Shown in pieces: positions 61,456 through 64,000 of a stretch of 64,000 nt of DNA (positions within the stretch are counted from its first letter, which is position 1; every line of letters begins with the position of its first letter). Where the stretch lies: the NCBI GenBank assembly GCA_965203905.1, contig CBDBDQ010000005.1:5952001-6016000 (forward strand). Direction: 5' to 3'. Position numbers and translations under genes: made by a program. The notes below the pieces were generated by a model. That model worked only from the letters and a program-made list of their open reading frames with translations. It was not told where the DNA came from and did no database searches. The DNA is from Spirochaetia bacterium. Its GTDB lineage: Bacteria; Spirochaetota; Spirochaetia; SZUA-6; Bin103.

Positions 61456-62403
61456 GTGCGTGACGTATCCCGGTTGACACCGCCCGGCGCCGAGCCGGCC
61501 GCGGGCGCGGCTGCGGCCGGGCAGGCCGGGCTGAGGAAGTTCTGTGCGCGGCTGGTGCGCGAGCAGCCGCTGGGGACCGCCGGCGGCATCGTCATCCTGC
61601 TCCTGGTGCTGGTGAGCATCTTCGCCGACTCGCTGGCGCCCTACCGCTACCAGGAGATCCACCTGCGCGACCGCCTGCAGGCTCCCTCGGCCCAGTACCT
61701 GCTGGGCACCGACCACGTCGGGCGCGACCTGTTGAGCCGCCTCATCCACGGGGCGCGGCTGTCGCTGACGGTGGGGCTGGCCGCCACCGCCCTCAACGTC
61801 GTGGTGGCGGTGCTGATCGGCGCCACCACCGGCTTCATCGGCGGCCGGCTGGACCTGGTGACGCAGCGCTTCGTCGACGCCTGGATGGCGTTCCCGGGGC
61901 TGCTGTTGCTGCTCACCATCATGTCGATTGCCGGCCGCGGCATGCTGCAGATCATCATCGTGCTGGGGGTTTCGGGCGGCATCCCGGCCTCGCGGGTAGT
62001 GCGCGGTGCGGTGCTGGGCGTGAAGGAGAACGTCTACTTCCAGGCGGCGCAGGCGATCGGCAGCTCGCGGCGGCGCTCGCTGCTGCGCCACGTGCTGCCC
62101 AACATCGCGGCGCCGATCATCATCATCTTCAGCATCAACGTGGGCGGGGTGATCATGGCGGAGGCGGCGCTGAGCTTTCTCGGCTTCGGCCTGCCGCCGG
62201 ACATCCCGAGCTGGGGCGGGATGCTGAGCCGCGAGGGGCGGCAGTACATGGAGATCGCGCCGCACCTGGCGCTGTGGCCGGGCGTGTGCCTGACCGTGGT
62301 GGTGTACAGCCTCAACATGTTCGGAGACGCCGTGCGCGATCTCCTGGATCCGCGGCTGCGTGGCCGGCTCGGCCGCTACGGCGCCGGCCGGGGCAAATCG
62401 TAG
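61456..62403 (+). CDS. ABC permease (OppC/DppC-like)
   Basis: LGTDHVGRD, GDAVRDLLDPR. Confidence 0.93.
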   Translation: MRDVSRLTPPGAEPAAGAAAAGQAGLRKFCARLVREQPLGTAGGIVILLLVLVSIFADSLAPYRYQEIHLRDRLQAPSAQYLLGTDHVGRDLLSRLIHGARLSLTVGLAATALNVVVAVLIGATTGFIGGRLDLVTQRFVDAWMAFPGLLLLLTIMSIAGRGMLQIIIVLGVSGGIPASRVVRGAVLGVKENVYFQAAQAIGSSRRRSLLRHVLPNIAAPIIIIFSINVGGVIMAEAALSFLGFGLPPDIPSWGGMLSREGRQYMEIAPHLALWPGVCLTVVVYSLNMFGDAVRDLLDPRLRGRLGRYGAGRGKS

Positions 62404-62497
62404 CCGAACCGGAGCGCGACCGCGCGCACCACGACGCGATCATGAGCTTTGCCGGAACGCGCCGGCGGGCGCTATAATCGGATGAGCGAGCGTACCC

Positions 62498-63115
62498 ATG
62501 AGCGACGGCAACGGACACCGCGACCCGGCGACCCCGCAGGAGATCTGGGAGATTCTCCGCGAGGTCTCCGCAGCGCAGCAGGAGACCGAGCGGCGGTTGC
62601 AGGCGACCGGGGAGCTGATCACGCGACAGGCACGTGCAGCCGAGCGGCGCATGGACAAGCTGGACGAGCTGTTCAACGGGCAGTGGGGCAAGCTGATCGA
62701 GTCCCTGGTGGAAGGCGACCTCGCAGGGCTCCTCCAGCGGCGCGGCATCGCGGTACAGCACACGGTTACCAACCCGCGGCAGAACTACGGTGAACGGCGC
62801 TGGGAGTTCGACATCGTGGCGATCAACGGCGCAGAGGTCGTGGTCGTGGAAGTCAAGACCACCCTGAGGGTGCCGGATATAGATCGTTTCGTCCGGCGGT
62901 TGAACGAGTTTCCGGAACTGATGCCCGAGTACGCCGGGCGGCGGATCTACGGGGCGGTTGCCTATCTGAAGGCACATCAGCAGTCGGACGTGCGTGCCGA
63001 GCGGCTGGGCCTGTTCGTGATTCGTGCCACCGGCAGTAGTGCCAGCATCACCAACCGGGAGGGGTTTACGCCGCGCACTTTCGGCCACCCGAGCAGGGCA
63101 CCCAGCCGCCACTAG
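62498..63115 (+). CDS. Coiled-coil + PD-(D/E)XK nuclease-like protein (DUF3782-like)
   Basis: QEIWEILREV..QQET, WGKLIESLV, EFDIVAING..VVVVEVKTTL, IYGAVA; upstream TTGCCG-N18-TATAAT (62449-62478). Confidence 0.7.
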   Translation: MSDGNGHRDPATPQEIWEILREVSAAQQETERRLQATGELITRQARAAERRMDKLDELFNGQWGKLIESLVEGDLAGLLQRRGIAVQHTVTNPRQNYGERRWEFDIVAINGAEVVVVEVKTTLRVPDIDRFVRRLNEFPELMPEYAGRRIYGAVAYLKAHQQSDVRAERLGLFVIRATGSSASITNREGFTPRTFGHPSRAPSRH

Positions 63116-63129
63116 CGCGGTCGTACCGG

Positions 63130-63777
63130 GGGCGCGACCTGTTGAGCCGCCTCATCCACGGGGCGCGGCTGTCGCTGACGGTGGGGCTGGCCGCCACCGC
63201 CCTCAACGTCGTGGCGGCGGTGCTGATCGGCGGCACCGCCGGCTTCATCGGCGGCCGGCTGGACCTGGTGACGCAGCGCTTCGTCGACGCCTGGATGGCG
63301 TTCCCGGGGCTGCTGTTGCTGCTCACCATCATGTCGATTGCCGGCCGCGGCATGCTGCAGATCATCATCGTGCTGGGGGTGTCGGGCGGCATCCCGGCCT
63401 CGCGGGTAGTGCGGGGCGCGGTGCTGGGGGTGAAGGAGAACGTCTACTTCCAGGCCGCGCAGGCAATCGGCAGCTCACGCCGGCGCTCGCTGCTGCGCCA
63501 CGTGCTGCCCAACATCGCGGCGCCCATCATCATCATCTTCAGCATCAACGTGGGCGGGGTGATCATGTCGGAGGCGGCGCTGAGCTTTCTCGGCTTCGGA
63601 CTGCCACCGGACATTCCGAGTTGGGGCGGGATGCTGAGCCGCGAGGGGCGGCAGTACATGGAGATCGCGCCGCACCTGGCGCTGTGGCCGGGCGTGTGCC
63701 TGACCGTGGTGGTGTACAGCCTCAACATGTTCGGCGATGCGGTGCGCGACCTGCTGGACCCGCGGCTGCGTGGCCGG
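63130..63777 (+). pseudogene. 5'-truncated duplicate of the OppC-like permease
   Basis: Near-identical to 61720-62367 at an offset of 1410 bp; lacks the N-terminus. Confidence 0.85.
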
Positions 63778-63905
63778 TGCAGGATCACGACCGCGGCACC
63801 CGTGCCTAGCGTGAGCAATGCGGCAAATGCGCGCCCTTGCGAGCACGCCCGCGGTAGTGGTAGTGCATGCTGCGGACACCAGTTGAGCGCCAAGGAGAAC
63901 TGATC

Positions 63906-64000
63906 GTGGAACTTGCCTTGCACGAAGCGGAAACATGCCTCTCCGACCTCGTCATCGCCGTTCAGAACGGCGAACGGGTCGTCATAACGAGGAACGGAGA
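63906..64000 (+). CDS. Phd/YefM family antitoxin (runs off window)
   Basis: AAGGAG RBS, GTG start, MELALHEAETCLSDLVIAVQNGERVVITRNG. Confidence 0.75.
   Translation, partial: MELALHEAETCLSDLVIAVQNGERVVITRNG

Overview
High-GC bacterial chromosomal window. Spirochaete-style SBP signal peptides, a 12-repeat YWTD lipoprotein, several dioxygenases and many toxin-antitoxin remnants suggest a sponge-associated Spirochaetota-like organism, but this is inference only. It contains a MoxR/DUF58/vWA (Bat) operon, carbohydrate and oxidative catabolic genes, five peptide/nickel-type ABC SBP+permease sets with no ATPase, and many decayed toxin-antitoxin modules. The most striking feature is a ~2.1-kb element present twice (8232-10286 and 35787-37889). 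Each copy has imperfect terminal inverted repeats, its own 9-10-bp flanking direct repeat and ~400 bp of conserved structured non-coding DNA. Its only ORF is a 523-aa helical-N-terminus/HNH endonuclease with no recognisable transposase. Other notable signals are a conserved structured leader with an 11-aa uORF upstream of tandem SBP cassettes, a 3-unit promoter+micro-ORF array, mosaic SBP/permease cassettes, an in-frame amber codon in one SBP and a group II intron 3' remnant.
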